DNA from: Eledone cirrhosa
Taxonomy: Eukaryota
Direction of reading: 5' to 3'
Length of the DNA stretch: 64,000 bases
Assembly (NCBI GenBank): GCA_964016885.1
Contig: OZ024742.1
Span: 137,640,001 to 137,704,000, forward strand
In this document: one piece after another, positions 47,926 to 62,139 of the stretch
Layout of the letters: each line of letters starts with the position of its first letter
How positions within the stretch are numbered: position 1 is the stretch's first letter
The notes under the pieces: generated by a model
The model's input: the letters and a program-made list of their open reading frames with translations, nothing else
The model's database searches: none
Told to the model about the DNA's origin: nothing
Made by a program: the position numbers and the translations under genes

Positions 47926-48326
47926 ATATATGATTATGTCATTTATTTTGCCTGACTTGTTTAGCTTGACTTGTTTTTTGGCTTATGTGGTTTATGGCTT
48001 CTTGACCGCCTTCTCAGTTTGTATGGCCTTTATAACCTATCTTTATTGCTCTAGTCTTTTTTAGCCCATGGAGCGCTTGCCAGCATGATTCGGAATTTGC
48101 GTTACGTTTCGCTTTTTCTACCCGCCGAAATGCGTTTCTCGGTGAATTTATATTTATATATATATATATATATATATATAATTATATTTGAGAAAAGTAA
48201 ACACGATAAAGACTGCTTTACCTGTTTGCTTTTATGTCCATGCTGCAATTTCGAAGTGTAATCGCAGATTTGAGCACTGTATATATGTACGTACGTATGT
48301 ATATATGTATATATATATATACTATA

Positions 48327-48405
<79 letters not shown>

Positions 48406-48409
<4 letters not shown>

Positions 48410-48685
48410 TAAAATAACTGATTAAAGTTTAAGCAAAGAATCGCTGCTTTCACCCTTAATGGGATCTTCACAAAGTCAATCTGCAAACGCAGAAATATCC
48501 ACTTCTGCGTTTACAGATTGACTTTGTTAGTTTCAGAAGATCCCGTTAAGGGTGAAAGCAGCGATTCCTTGCTTAACTTTAATCTGCTATTTTAATATTT
48601 GATGTACGGTTCTTATATATTTGATATATATTTATCCTTATCGAGCCCTCTTTGGTTTTTAGTCTTCAAATTTATTATTATTACT
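48406..48685. mobile_element. Short fold-back copy of the 33370-35113 family
   Basis: Arms 48407-48494 and 48503-48597, then the same 90-nt tail as 33370-33456. Confidence 0.9.
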
Positions 48686-49416
48686 ATATATATATATATA
48701 TATATATACATTTGTTAACGATACTATCGGCAGTGCCCGAATAGAACCGGCCAATTCATTACTCACTTAATGAGATACAAGATTTGAACGTGAGAACATA
48801 AAACATTATATCTCAGAGTGCACACTATATGTGTGAGGTGTGGAGGAATTATGTTTGTCGGAAAATGAAATAGGTGAAGATTCTGGATGAAGTAGCCGAT
48901 AGGAATATGTAAATTCTATAAAAAGGTATTAAATATTAGTGCTCAATTTCAATAGACATATGAAACACTAGTTTCCGTTTAAGTCTTATATTAAACATAC
49001 TATGAATGATTGCTACTTCGAGTGTGATAAATTAAGATTACCTAAGCATGTGGTATATTTTCTTATCACTCACTTTGGCATATTGATAAACTGTGGTTTA
49101 AAATTTTTGACATAATATATCTTTCAGCGATAGACATGTGTATACACATAACTTTCAAAGATTAAATAGCAGATGGCCACCAGGAGAGCGAAATATATAT
49201 TTCAATACATGTCTGCCTTCAAATTTCTAATTTGTAGTTATATTTAAATAATTTGAAGCTACATAGGTATCCATGTGTGTAGATATGTAATTTGTCTATA
49301 TGTGTTTTATGTGTAAGTAGATACTCATATTTTGCAGACATCATCCCACCGTAATATATATGAAGTACACACATATACACATATATAACTCTAAGTTTGC
49401 GTCTGCTCATGGTGTA

Positions 49417-49551
<135 letters not shown>

Positions 49552-49870
49552 CAGTTCAGAAAATTAGAACATATATGTTATGCCCTAAACCTCCGAAGGA
49601 TCTAATGTGAGAAAAATCAAATTAACGGAAATTCCCCAATAAATATTTACAATTAATTTATGTTATCTTTTTATCTGCAGAAATTTTCGACGTTTTGAAC
49701 GTTTCAGAATGTTAAATTACGCAATTTCCTATTATATCTAATCCGACACTCCAATTTGCTTAATCGGCCCCGTGAACAAATAAAACAAATTGTTACATGA
49801 TGCAACACTTTATTAATCGTAAATATTTTAGAACTGCTAATTCATAACTTCAATTACAAAAATAAAAAAG

Positions 49871-49941
<71 letters not shown>

Positions 49942-49944
<3 letters not shown>

Positions 49945-50539
49945 TGTAAACATTGATGCAATTCAATTCAAGCACTCAACGTACTTTTTCCACATTGGAG
50001 TGACGGAGTAAATATCGAATAAGGAAAAGCGAAGTAGTTTCAGATGTTCAAGTCCTTTAATAATAATGCTGTGATATATATTTCAGTGACGACACTGGCC
50101 ACACTGTTCTGTGTGCGAGTGTCGTGTCATCATCATACAGCTTGTTACATAATAAGGTTATGTTTCCGAGGCAATCCAAATTGGATCGACAGGGGAACGG
50201 ATGAATTGCGTGTTTTGGGGTTTTTCATCCGCTCCCTTGTGAGTACCAATACACCCCCACCGGCCTGCGCAAGCGCATATCCGAAGGAAGTTGACCACTA
50301 GCCACCGCAGATTTCAACGAAATTTCAACGGAAGAAAAAACCCAAAACACGCAATTCATCCGTTCCCATGTCGATCCAATTTGGGTTGCCTCGGAAACAT
50401 AACCTTATTATGTAACAAGCTGTCTGATGATGACACGACACTCGCACACAGAACAGTGTGGCCAGTGTCGTCACTGAAATATATATCACAGCATTATTAT
50501 TAAAGGATTTGAAGATCTGAAACTACTTCGCTTTTCCTT

Positions 50540-50545
<6 letters not shown>
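49942..50545. mobile_element. Fold-back element (about 215-bp arms, tail) in (TA)n
   Basis: 50017-50231 vs 50328-50543 inverted. Confidence 0.92.
50419..50492 (+). ncRNA. Type I hammerhead, intact core
   Basis: GCTGT-CTGATGA-TGACACGACAC..GTGTCGTCACT-GAAA-TATATA-TC-ACAGC; the mirror arm (50068-50141) has C3A. Confidence 0.8.
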
Positions 50546-50606
<61 letters not shown>

Positions 50607-50608
<2 letters not shown>

Positions 50609-51157
50609 GAATAAATTTAGTCCTTCATCAGTGATCTTCCAACCTTCATTGGTATTTCATCACTTTAAAGACCATATACCTCCGGTTGGTGGGAGCAACG
50701 GCTAAAGAAAGTCGTTGGGACACGCAAATAAGGGTAACGAGCGAGACTGTAAACAAAGATGGTAATGCAACGAAAAGTGAGGAAGAAGGAGTCAAGTCCC
50801 TGAAATCGATGAACATAAATTCTGTGAAATCGTGGACGAGAGAGAATAAAGACCATCAAACCTGGTCGAAATGTGAGCAAGGAAAGAATTTCGCACAGGT
50901 CACACGGGAGCATGAAGGAGTAAAGTCCCAGAAATCGGTGAACATAAGTTCTGTGAAATCGTAGACGAGAGAGAATAAAGAACAACCGATACGTGTCCCA
51001 ATGACTTTCTTTAGCCGTTGCTCGCACCATCCGGAGGTATATGGTCTTTAAAGCGAATGAAATACCAATGAAGGTTGGCAGATCACTGATGAATGACTAA
51101 ATTTATTCATATGTAACCCATTTGCAAACACGCAGCATGCCATGTTTTCATATTCAT
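50607..51157. mobile_element. Fold-back element (about 115-bp arms, internal duplication, tail) in (TA)n
   Basis: 50607-50724 vs 50992-51110 inverted; 50783-50851 is duplicated at 50913-50980. Confidence 0.88.
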
Positions 51158-51174
51158 ATATATATATATATATA

Positions 51175-52072
51175 CGAGGTGGGTCAGAAAAGTTCCAGGA
51201 CTGATGTCACAAAAGATTTATTTCAAACCCAAACTTCACACTAACAGTTTTCTCCTTCAAAGTAATCCCCGTCGAGTATGTAACTGCAATCTTAGCTCTC
51301 TGCAGCGATCAAACTTTTTTCTTCATAATTTTATATACATGTCCTCTGTTTCAGGTCGTCAAGCAATGAGCACAGAGCAACGAACAAACTTGAAAACTCC
51401 GTCAGAAGCACTGGCATTGCTGCAGCAAGTGTATGGAGATGAGACGATGTCATCACGCTCACATGTTTTTGAGTGGTGCAAGAGGTTTAAAGAAGGACGC
51501 GAGGACGTGAAAGTTGACCCCAGGAGCGGAAGGCCCTCAACAACCAGGACTGAGGTCAACGTTGAGCGCGTCAGGCAGATGGTGGGTAGCGATCGTCGGC
51601 TGACTGTTCGACTGACGGCAAATGAGCTGGGTATGAATCGGGACAGCGTCTGGAAGATTCTGACTGAAGATTTGGACATGCGGAAAGTCTGCGTGAAAAT
51701 GGTGCCAAAACTGCTGAACGATGACCAGAAGGGTCGAAGCATGCAAGTGGGCCAGCACATCCTTGAGCGTCTTGAAACCGAACCACACTTGCTAGGGACA
51801 GTCATCACCGGTGATGAGTCATGAACCTTCGAGTACGACCTGGAGGGGACCCGTTTTGAAGACGTGGACGACATCAAAAAGGCCGTGACGACGGAACTGC
51901 GGAGCATCCCAGAAGAATCCTTCCAGGAGTGCATGCAAGCGTGGCAGAAAAGGATGGAATATTGCATTAGACTCCAGGGGGATTATTTGAAGGGGAAAAC
52001 TCTTAGTGTGAAGTTTGGATTTGAAAAAAATCTTTTGTGACATCAGTCCTGGAACTTTTCTGACCCACCTCG
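51175..52072 (+). mobile_element. mariner (Tc1/mariner) element, internally deleted, in a TA site
   Basis: TIRs CGAGGTGGGTCAGAAAAGTTCCAGGACTGATGTCACAAAAGA; transposase motifs FEWCKRFKEGRE, PRSGRPST, MVPKLL and ITGDES jump directly to the C-terminal GTRFEDVDDIK..GDY. Confidence 0.95.
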
Positions 52073-52089
52073 TATATATATATATCCAG

Positions 52090-53790
52090 GGGGTGTAACT
52101 TAGAGTTACTGTAGGTTCACCCGAGTGAGCACTCGGTGTTTAGGTTCACTTCAGTGTCGAGGTGTAGAGCTAGACAGACTGTATTATACTGAAATAAGAT
52201 AACAAGGACGATTGGTTACTCTTTGATTACGATTATTGGTTGGTGACGCGCGTTTCGCCATTGATCAGCTCAAGCTTTGATCTGTATCGATCTGACCCGA
52301 CTCTCTAAACCGCGGCTCGTCAGAACCCCTTGTAATATTAATGGGAAAATGAATACATGCTGTATCATAAAGTCAGAAGTTCCTATGGTGGTCATTAAAT
52401 TTTGTTTTGATTGGTGGATTAATTCATAGGGATGTTTTTGCCTGTAATGTATGTAGGGAGGGGGTGATAAGTTGGTGGTGTCGGTCGCAGGTTGAAGTGG
52501 GCGCGGTGTGGGGGTACTGGTAGTCGGTAGACAGTTTGGCATGTAGATGTGGCTGATTTTTGTGGGTGATGTGGGTGTGGTGTTTTTGTTTGTGATAAAG
52601 AAGAAAGGTTGCTGTGTTTATGGTAGTGTGATGATTGTATTCGTGGTTTCATTTCCATAAGGAGATACATATATAGACACACTTAGTCTGACAAATACGT
52701 TGTATACAAACACATATTTATATATATAGAGAGAGAGCCAGTGGAGATGGCGGTTTTACAAATATACTTACACACAGCACACACATGTGTCTGTGTGTAA
52801 GTATACACATGTTGTTTAGGGAGGGATGATATGTGTTGGTGATGTTGATGGTTGTGGAAGTATGGCGATATGCCTGGTGGCGGTGGGTGCGACATGATAT
52901 TTTCAGGATCGAATTTTACGATGGATTACAGTTTAAAAAGTTACATATGGAGCACGGGGAAAACAAGGTAGTGAATGAGGGATGTTGGACGTATGGCGAT
53001 ATGTTTGGTGGTGGTGGTGGTGTTGGTGGTGGTGGTGTTGGTGGAGGTGATTTGTTCGACATTATATTTACAGGATCGGATGGTACGATGGATTACAAGT
53101 TAAAACCTGACAGAGAAGACACATAGAACACAATGGTTCTGAGATGAGGGATATATTGCGATGTGTTTGTTGGTGGTGGAGTGACGGGTGCGACATGATA
53201 TTTACAAGATCTGATCTTACAATGTGTTACATGTTATAGAAGACAAATATACTGAGATAAAGGATGGTGTGGCAAGGCAAAGTTAGTTATCCCTATGTTG
53301 AGTAAGGGTTAGTGGCTGGCGCTCGACCGAATGGTTGTGCAGAGAAGGTGGTCATCCTGGTGTGTCTGGAGTTTATAATTATGTCAGATCTTGAGTTTAT
53401 GGCCGATTTCAATTTAATGATCTCAGTCGCCTCGGCCATGCATAACCTGCAGTGGTTTCTGTCGTTGGGGAGTTGGGCCACGCGTCTTTTAACTGACCAT
53501 TTGATGTGGTATTCCATGTTCTTCTCTTTGAGGTCCCAGATCAAGTCCGCCAGTCTTGTTCGGGATCGTTTGGGCCTGTGTTTGAAGGAGCTTTTGTGGT
53601 TATACCAGCACTCCTTAAACGTAGTCGAGGTCGCCCATATGTAGGAGTACTCTTTTCGGCCAGCTGTGACATCGCACCGGTAAATAATGTTTTTAACGAG
53701 GCACTCCCCATTTAATGGGCATTCTACCCGCTTTTTGCAGTTGCAGTTGAGGGTTATGGGTTTTTTGCCACGTTGTCGGTTGTTCGTATT
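52090..53790 (-). mobile_element. Penelope-like element 3' remnant (GIY-YIG + long 3' UTR with hammerhead)
   Basis: NCNCKKRVECPLNGECLVKNIIY..YIWATSTTFKE..HKSSF..CRLCMAE; same type as the 29-32 kb PLE. Confidence 0.85.
52238..52329 (-). ncRNA. Hammerhead with expanded stem II in the PLE 3' end
   Basis: GGGGTT-CTGACGA-GCCG[about 52 nt including GGTCAG/CTGATC]TGGC-GAAAC-GCGC-GTC-ACCAACC; stem I is weak. Confidence 0.7.
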
Positions 53791-54039
53791 ATGTGTGGGG
53801 CTGGCATGTAGGTTGTTGTGGTGCTATCATGTGTTTGCGTACATTTGACCTATTTGTGTGTGCTATCGTGTCGCCTAGATTTGGTGTTGTGGAGAAGGAG
53901 GATTTGACAGTGTGTCTATTAAAGTGCAAACCCAACGAAATTCTGAATTATGTCAACAGTTAGGAGTATAATTAACTCAATAGTTATATATATGAGCGTG
54001 TGTGTGTATGCACGCACGTGTGTGTGTTTAAATTAGAGA

Positions 54040-54135
<96 letters not shown>

Positions 54136-54329
54136 TATCACCGTACTTTAGTTAGAGACATATATATCCCAGTCTACTGTCTCATCTATGTATATATATA
54201 TATGAAGCAAAAAGGAAAACTTGTATGTGATACCACAATCTACTAGAAATATTAGGAAATTCCGCTTCAAATCACAGCGAACAGTCTTACACACACAAAC
54301 ACACACACACATGCATGTGGAAGCCCCTG

Positions 54330-54700
54330 TAACTGTTGGTGTACCTAAAAGAAATACAAATCTCCCTCAAACAAGATCCTACTGCCATAGAGGTAAACGT
54401 TGGCGAAGGCTACAGAGTAAACATTTTAATTAACCCAAGCTCTGCCGCACTTTGGGCCAAGGAGCTTAAACTCTCCAAATATCGTCGCTCTCCCACAGGC
54501 TTGTTGTTGAGCCCATAGCAATGGAGACTTCTGGTGTCCTTGGCTCTAGGGTACCTCCCAAATCGTCACCATCGGCACAAAGATAGCTACCCACAGGGGT
54601 GAGCCTCGCAAGCCAGAATGGCTTTTCCGGCGCGTCTCTCTCACCATCCTCTATTCCGACCACCGGGAATGCTGGGCGGCCAGCGCGTGGGCCTCCATTT
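54330..54700 (+). pseudogene. CRE-like LINE RLE/C-terminal remnant
   Basis: AALWAKELKLSKY..VVEPIAMETSGVLG..EWLFRRVSL..GNA. Confidence 0.6.
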
Positions 54701-55455
54701 GCTCATAACAGTGAGTGATGGGGAGATCGAGAGAGATGGAGGCAGTGACAGTGGGATATGTATATATTTACCACCCTTACACACATTAAAATAAACTTTC
54801 CTGGATTACAGATATGAGTAAGCACATTCTTCATTCATTCATAAACCAATGGTATATTTTTTTTTTTTATTTTACTGTATTTATGCTTTTTAAAATAGCC
54901 TTCACATTTTGTTTGAATTTCAGAGATTCTGATTGTGCAAAAAAAAAAAAAAGAAAGAAAAAGGATAAATAGAATCTAAATTTATTTTTTCGGTCATGCC
55001 CTTTTCACTGACAACATACCTCATGATTCTTCCAAGTGCGAAGCAGTATATATGCTGACTGTAATAGGGAGCAGTATTTAAAAAAATCACCACTGGACAA
55101 AACTAATAGTATTTATATCTACATGATTTGATTTCAACAAACAGCAATAAATCTTATAAATCGGAATCACCGTATAGTACAGCTAGTATATGAATAAAGT
55201 AAGCCCAAATCATAGTAGATTCAAATATCACAAAGAAAGAGGGGGGAGAAATGAGGTGCAACAGAAATGAAACGTAGATTACAGTGTGATAGAATGTGAA
55301 AGAAAACGAGGATGTAGTTTATGGAACACCTAAATGATTTAGGAGTCGACTTTAAGTAGAAGTAAAAATATTAGGAAAGACAAGAACGACAACACAACAC
55401 TTTGTTTTGAAAATGGTTTTATAATATGATTTTACATAAGATTTTCGTAGTTGTA

Positions 55456-55646
55456 TCTGTGGCCTAGCGGTAGGTGCTAGAGACGGTGGAGATCCTGGCC
55501 TTGGATTCAATCCTGGTCGAGAGGTATATGAAACCATTTTCAGTTTTTATTTTACAACCAATAGAAAAAACTGAAAAGGTTTACCAGGAACCCTACTCCC
55601 GACCAGGTTCGAACTTCAAACCAGGATCACCATCTGAGACAGCTAC
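55456..55646. repeat. Inverted pair of tRNA-like heads
   Basis: Plus: TGGCCTAGCGG..GATCCTGG..GGATTCAATCCTGGTCG. Minus: GATCCTGGTTTGAAGTTCGAACCTGGTCG. Inner arms TTTTCAGTTTTT / AAAAACTGAAAA. Confidence 0.6.
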
Positions 55647-55984
55647 AAACGTATAATGAAAATTAATAACTATAAACCTACTTTCAAAACCAAAGTTTAA
55701 ATATGTGGTGTCGTTCATAGCTTTCCTAGAGCTATTAGTAATATTTGGGGTCGACTGCTGGTCATTATTGAAAGTCTCTGGATTTCGCAAAGTGCATAAT
55801 ATTTTGTATTGGAGAAGGTAAGATATTTTCCCACAAAATTTTGATTGCACTGTTTTGTTTCCACTTATGTATTTTTCGAAAATGTTATTTTTTCATTATA
55901 AAAATTAAATTATAGCATCTTATATGTAGGTGGGATCTCTTCATTTCCGGGCAACCAATATTTTTAGACCCAGTCTGCCACTGT

Positions 55985-56127
<143 letters not shown>

Positions 56128-56846
56128 CGCGTGCGTGTGTGTGTGCGTGTATGTGTGTGTGAATATAAACCCTTAGAAAGTAAGTGCAACCTCAACGGAT
56201 TGCTGTCAAAATTAGCTTTAAATATCGAGTCAAATACCCATAAAGATGGAAACAATTAGCCACCACCGCAGAACTATGGAGTTGGCTTCTTCGAACCGAT
56301 ATATATGCATTTATTTCAGCTGAGGTTTAAAAAGTCATATTAACTCAATTTCCTTGAACTACATACTTATATAGTCATACATACATATATATATGAGTGT
56401 GTCTGTTTACATGTGAGTGTGAACGTATGTTTAATTTTTGCCTGTCTATTTATACGGTACCTCCTTATAGAAATTCCCATATTGACATAAGTACTGTTGT
56501 AAATTTGGCTTACAGTGGCGCGTCATGCTACAATACAGTTACGGAAAACTGTAAATCTGTAAAAGAGTAAAAGAAATGCCATTTCCTCATTTGTCATTTT
56601 CTCAGCATGCAACAATATCTATAAATGTATTTGAAAACCTACATTTTAACGGCCAGGAATACGTGTAAGTCAGTTTCTTACACCCATATATAATACTTAT
56701 TTGCTTGATTGGCTTTCAATAAAACAAAATGATCCATTAGGTCCTTTCCAATTATCTGGTCTGGAAATTGAAAACAAAATCACAACACAGAATATCCGTC
56801 CGCGTTAGATACACACATACTAAACAAATACGCATGCACAAAATAA

Positions 56847-56887
<41 letters not shown>

Positions 56888-58236
56888 TACCTCAACAGAA
56901 CCACACTCCTGCTATATGTCCCAGATTCTTTAAATTGTTTATAGTGTCTTCCTTAAGATTTTTTAGTTGAAACTATATTTTTCTTCAACGCAACTTACGT
57001 AAATTGTGTACACCTGAACAAATAATACGACACATGCGCAGTATGTTATGTAAACATGATAGTCTCCAAAAATTAACTGTTTTGCTGTGTACACAAATAG
57101 ACCATGGTTGATACGTGCATTAGGACGAAGTAAGATATAATAGAGAAAGTGACGTGGAGTAAGGGAGAATAAGAGTAAAATGTAAGAATAGAGCGAGTGC
57201 GTGAATAAAGAATATGAGTATTTGTGATTTAACGAGTTTAGGTGTGGGTGTAGGCGTGGAGACTAAGAAAGGGAGGGGAAACTAAGGGAATCCGTTTGAA
57301 TATATATATATTTATATATATACATGCGTAAGTCTGTCTGTCGTAACTGGGCGAGAAAATGTGGGTATATGAAATACGAAATAGGCTGAATAATGAGAAA
57401 GTAATCGTTATTACACGCTAGTAGATAACTAGTTAAGTAAATAGAAGTTTATGTAATATATCGTATATACACTTGTAAAAGATCAATCCGTTGTAATATT
57501 CGTTTACTCATGTTTGCTACTATAAAGTATAGAATTAACTGCTTCCATGTTTCTCGATCTCATTTCTTCACTGAAACATGGATATAAAGATGAAGAAATC
57601 AATTTATTTACGTTATTTCTTTCCGAGGTACGTATCAAAATATTTAGTTCTGCCAAGAAAATATTAAACTGAAAAACTACAAGTAAGCCTTTTTCGCTAT
57701 TAATATACTAACATAGCTGGTTATATAAGAAAACTGGCACGTGTGTTGCAGCTTAAAGATGTTAATACCAATACGGCATGTGTGTAGAAAAAAAAAATCC
57801 AATAAGGCAGTAGCTTAGTCCCTCATTACCGCTAATATATAAATAGATCACTGAATCAGGAAGGAAATATGAGCTGAAATAATTTTCCAATCATTCCATT
57901 TCTAATGCATTGTTACGTAAGATGGTCATCAATTAGATGGTAAGGATGATGTGCTGTTCCTATCTACGAACAATAACGACGAAGGAGGTGCGTATAACCA
58001 TCATCCACAAGATTTTAATTAAATGTCTTAATACTTTTGTTTAAAATCTGCGATATAATTAAAAGTGTAAGTAATTTCGAATGTCTATATCAGTTTCTAT
58101 CTGCTTTAATAATACATTTAATTCTCTTTTGTTTTCTATTATCATCATTTTGAGATTGTCAACTGTTGACTTTCGAAAGAGTTCGTATAATTGAAGCCGT
58201 TCATGTGTTACTCTTCAGTTTTATTTTAATTGCTTT

Positions 58237-58610
58237 AGGGCGTGGATTGGCAGTACCGGTAGAGGGTCGGGTCGGACGCCATGCTCTGACGCATAGAGTT
58301 ACGGCCCTTGCCATTCTGAGTTCAAATCCCGCCGAGGTTAATTTACCTTTCATCCTTACTGGGCCGATAAAATAAAGTACCAGTAATGCACTGGAAAATT
58401 CCTGGCCTTGTGCCAAAAGTAGAAACAATAATTGTAATTGCTTAACGGTGGTGAATTGGCAGTATCGCAGGGTGTCAACCACCATGCTTTGCAGCATAGA
58501 GTTATTGCCCTTTGTGGTCTGAGTTTAAATCCCGCCAAGATTAACTTTGCCTTTCATCCTTACGGGGTCAATAAAATAAAGCACCATTAATGCCAAACGT
58601 AGAAACAATT
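58237..58610 (+). mobile_element. Tandem dimer of the tRNA-derived SINE
   Basis: Copies at 58237-58430 and 58446-58610. Confidence 0.85.
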
Positions 58611-59557
58611 ATTTTGAGAGCATTTTATTGTTATATTGTGTAGGTTTAAACGGGTTTATATTAAGTAAAAATGAAAATGCTGAAAAACAATATATAGATA
58701 TTTCCTAATCTAGCCGTGGAAAAGATTATGTTTGGGAAGAGAGAGGGAGAGGAGTGTTTTGTTTCTGTACTTTTATCATTTCAGCTGCGTGGAATAAAGT
58801 AGAAATTCAAATGAGGTACTGATGTACTCTACAATAACAATCCGGTGATCTCTCTGACTTTAACCAAGAATGTTAATACCTGATTAAAAAAATGTGTTGG
58901 AAAGATGCCGAGCAGGTGTTGGCCATATGTACGCACATTTGCAGTAAGCATTGTTGTAAACAGATATTAATTTTCATTCAGCAATATAATAGAGTATAAT
59001 AGAGTATAATTCAGAGTATAATAGAGTAACAGAGCAGGAGTAATTACCAGTGAGATATAATGACATGTTCATTGCAGATTAACGTGTGTTGTGTATTTCA
59101 TGATTTTGAGCTTTTCTTGTTTACAAACCAGGGGTGGATATTGAAGCCCAGTGCTCGGAAATGTGGGGTGTATGGAGATACCCAGGGTAGGCCTCTGCCA
59201 ACGTATATTATCTCGCTAATTAGCTAGTGGTTGTTTACATGGGTTAGCACTAAAGACGTGAGAAAGAAGGGTGAACCACCGCGATGTAAGTACACTTAGT
59301 TAAAGGTTATGCCCGTACCTCACATCGTGGTGGTTCACCATCCCCCCCTAGTCTGTAATCCGGTTTTTCGAAGGACATGCTACCTCCAACCTAATCCCTT
59401 TCGCACATACAAGTCAATACCAACTATGATAAGTAAATAAGACGTACCTATTATTTCTTTTTCCACTCCTCTATAGGGTAAATATGTGTCTGTGTATGTG
59501 TGTACGTGCGTACATATGTGTGTGTGTATGTGTGTATATATGTGTGTACATAGATAT

Positions 59558-60407
<850 letters not shown>

Positions 60408-61831
60408 TGTGTGCGTGTGTGCGTGTGTGTGTGCGTGTGTGGAGGTATGTAGATGTGTGTTTGCGGGTTTGTACAAAATGTTAACAATATGGATTATAAT
60501 TGTTAACACTTATAAGCTTTAACACCTACAGTTTTAATTCTAACATCTCTTACTATCGGGACTCTTGATATGGATGAGCATTCATACTTCCAGATGAACC
60601 CATAACTGTTTACATACATGAATTCTTCACTAGCATCTACAACACTACCGCAAAATGAGTGTTAGTAGTTGACCTGTTTACACCACTGCCACTAAGGTCA
60701 ATTAGTTCACCTAGACCAGAACATACCCATTTTCTAGGTATATACAGTTATTATAGCTTGATGTAAAAAAACAACCTAAGCAGACTGACCTGTTTAGGAT
60801 ATCTGACCTAAGAAATTCAATAGACTTGGTACTGGAGTGTTAAGATAATATCTGACCAATGAGAGGAAGGTATATTCTTCGGATGCTTCAGATTCATTCA
60901 TATACCACCAGTTCTTTGAGAAAACAACGCCACACATTAGAACTGGGCATATCAACGAAATAATGGAGGTAAACTTTGTTCCAACACTATGTTTTCCTGT
61001 TTTTTTTTTGTTCAATTTCTAGCTGTTTCATGAGGTCGTTGAATATTGGTTATTACCGGAATATATATTGCAGTAAATTTGAATAAACGAAGTTAATTTT
61101 AACCTATTGACTTACATTTCTTGTTTATATATATATAATTACATAATAAACAACACAATATAATTATTCCATTACAAAAGTTTTCAGGAGACAAGATGAT
61201 CCTTACAGAAACGTCCAGCTCATTCAGACTGGCGTTCTGTCCAGGAGGGGGTCTTGTACTCTTAGTCACTTCACGCCATGAAACCGGGATAAGCACCGGC
61301 CAAATGAGCCTTCTGGCTTAAGACAGACTTTAGATATATATATGATGGCTGCCCCATCGTTATCGAGTATGGCCATTGCAATGCCTGTGCGTGAAGAATT
61401 TTTTTAAAGTGAGCCAATCCAACTCTCTGAGCGAAAGTAGCCTTAACCCGAGATATATACACGCATATATTCACTCATATATATACATATATATATATAC
61501 ACACACATTTGTATGTTCGTGCGCTCACATACATACATACACATAAATTAACAACGTATAAAAATGTAATATATATATTTGATAAAAAATATAAAAGTTA
61601 AGAAAATAGAAAAAAAAATGAAGTAAGGATACTTAAAATGGAAGATAGAGTAGTTGGCCAGACAATTACATGCACATATATATATACATATATCCATATA
61701 TACATATATCCATATATACATATATACATATACATATATATATATAAAAACACGCATACGCATATAAAAACAATTACATATATACACATATACATATATA
61801 TATATACACACACACACAGACACAGACACAT

Positions 61832-61889
<58 letters not shown>

Positions 61890-61895
<6 letters not shown>

Positions 61896-62065
61896 ACGGA
61901 ACCAGATGGACCATAACGCACCAGAGTACTCAATACTTAGGGTAGTAGAGTGGGAAATAGGAAAAAGTATGACCCCGATGGCAGAGCTCAAGCCGTTTCA
62001 ACGGCTATTTCTGGACACATAGCCGTCGAAACGGCTTGAGCTCTGCCGTCGGGGTCATACTTTTT

Positions 62066-62070
<5 letters not shown>
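61890..62070. mobile_element. Short fold-back copy of the 43910-45060 family
   Basis: Tail, then arm 61957-61998 region, then an inverted arm ending TTTTTCCTATATA. Confidence 0.88.
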
Positions 62071-62139
<69 letters not shown>

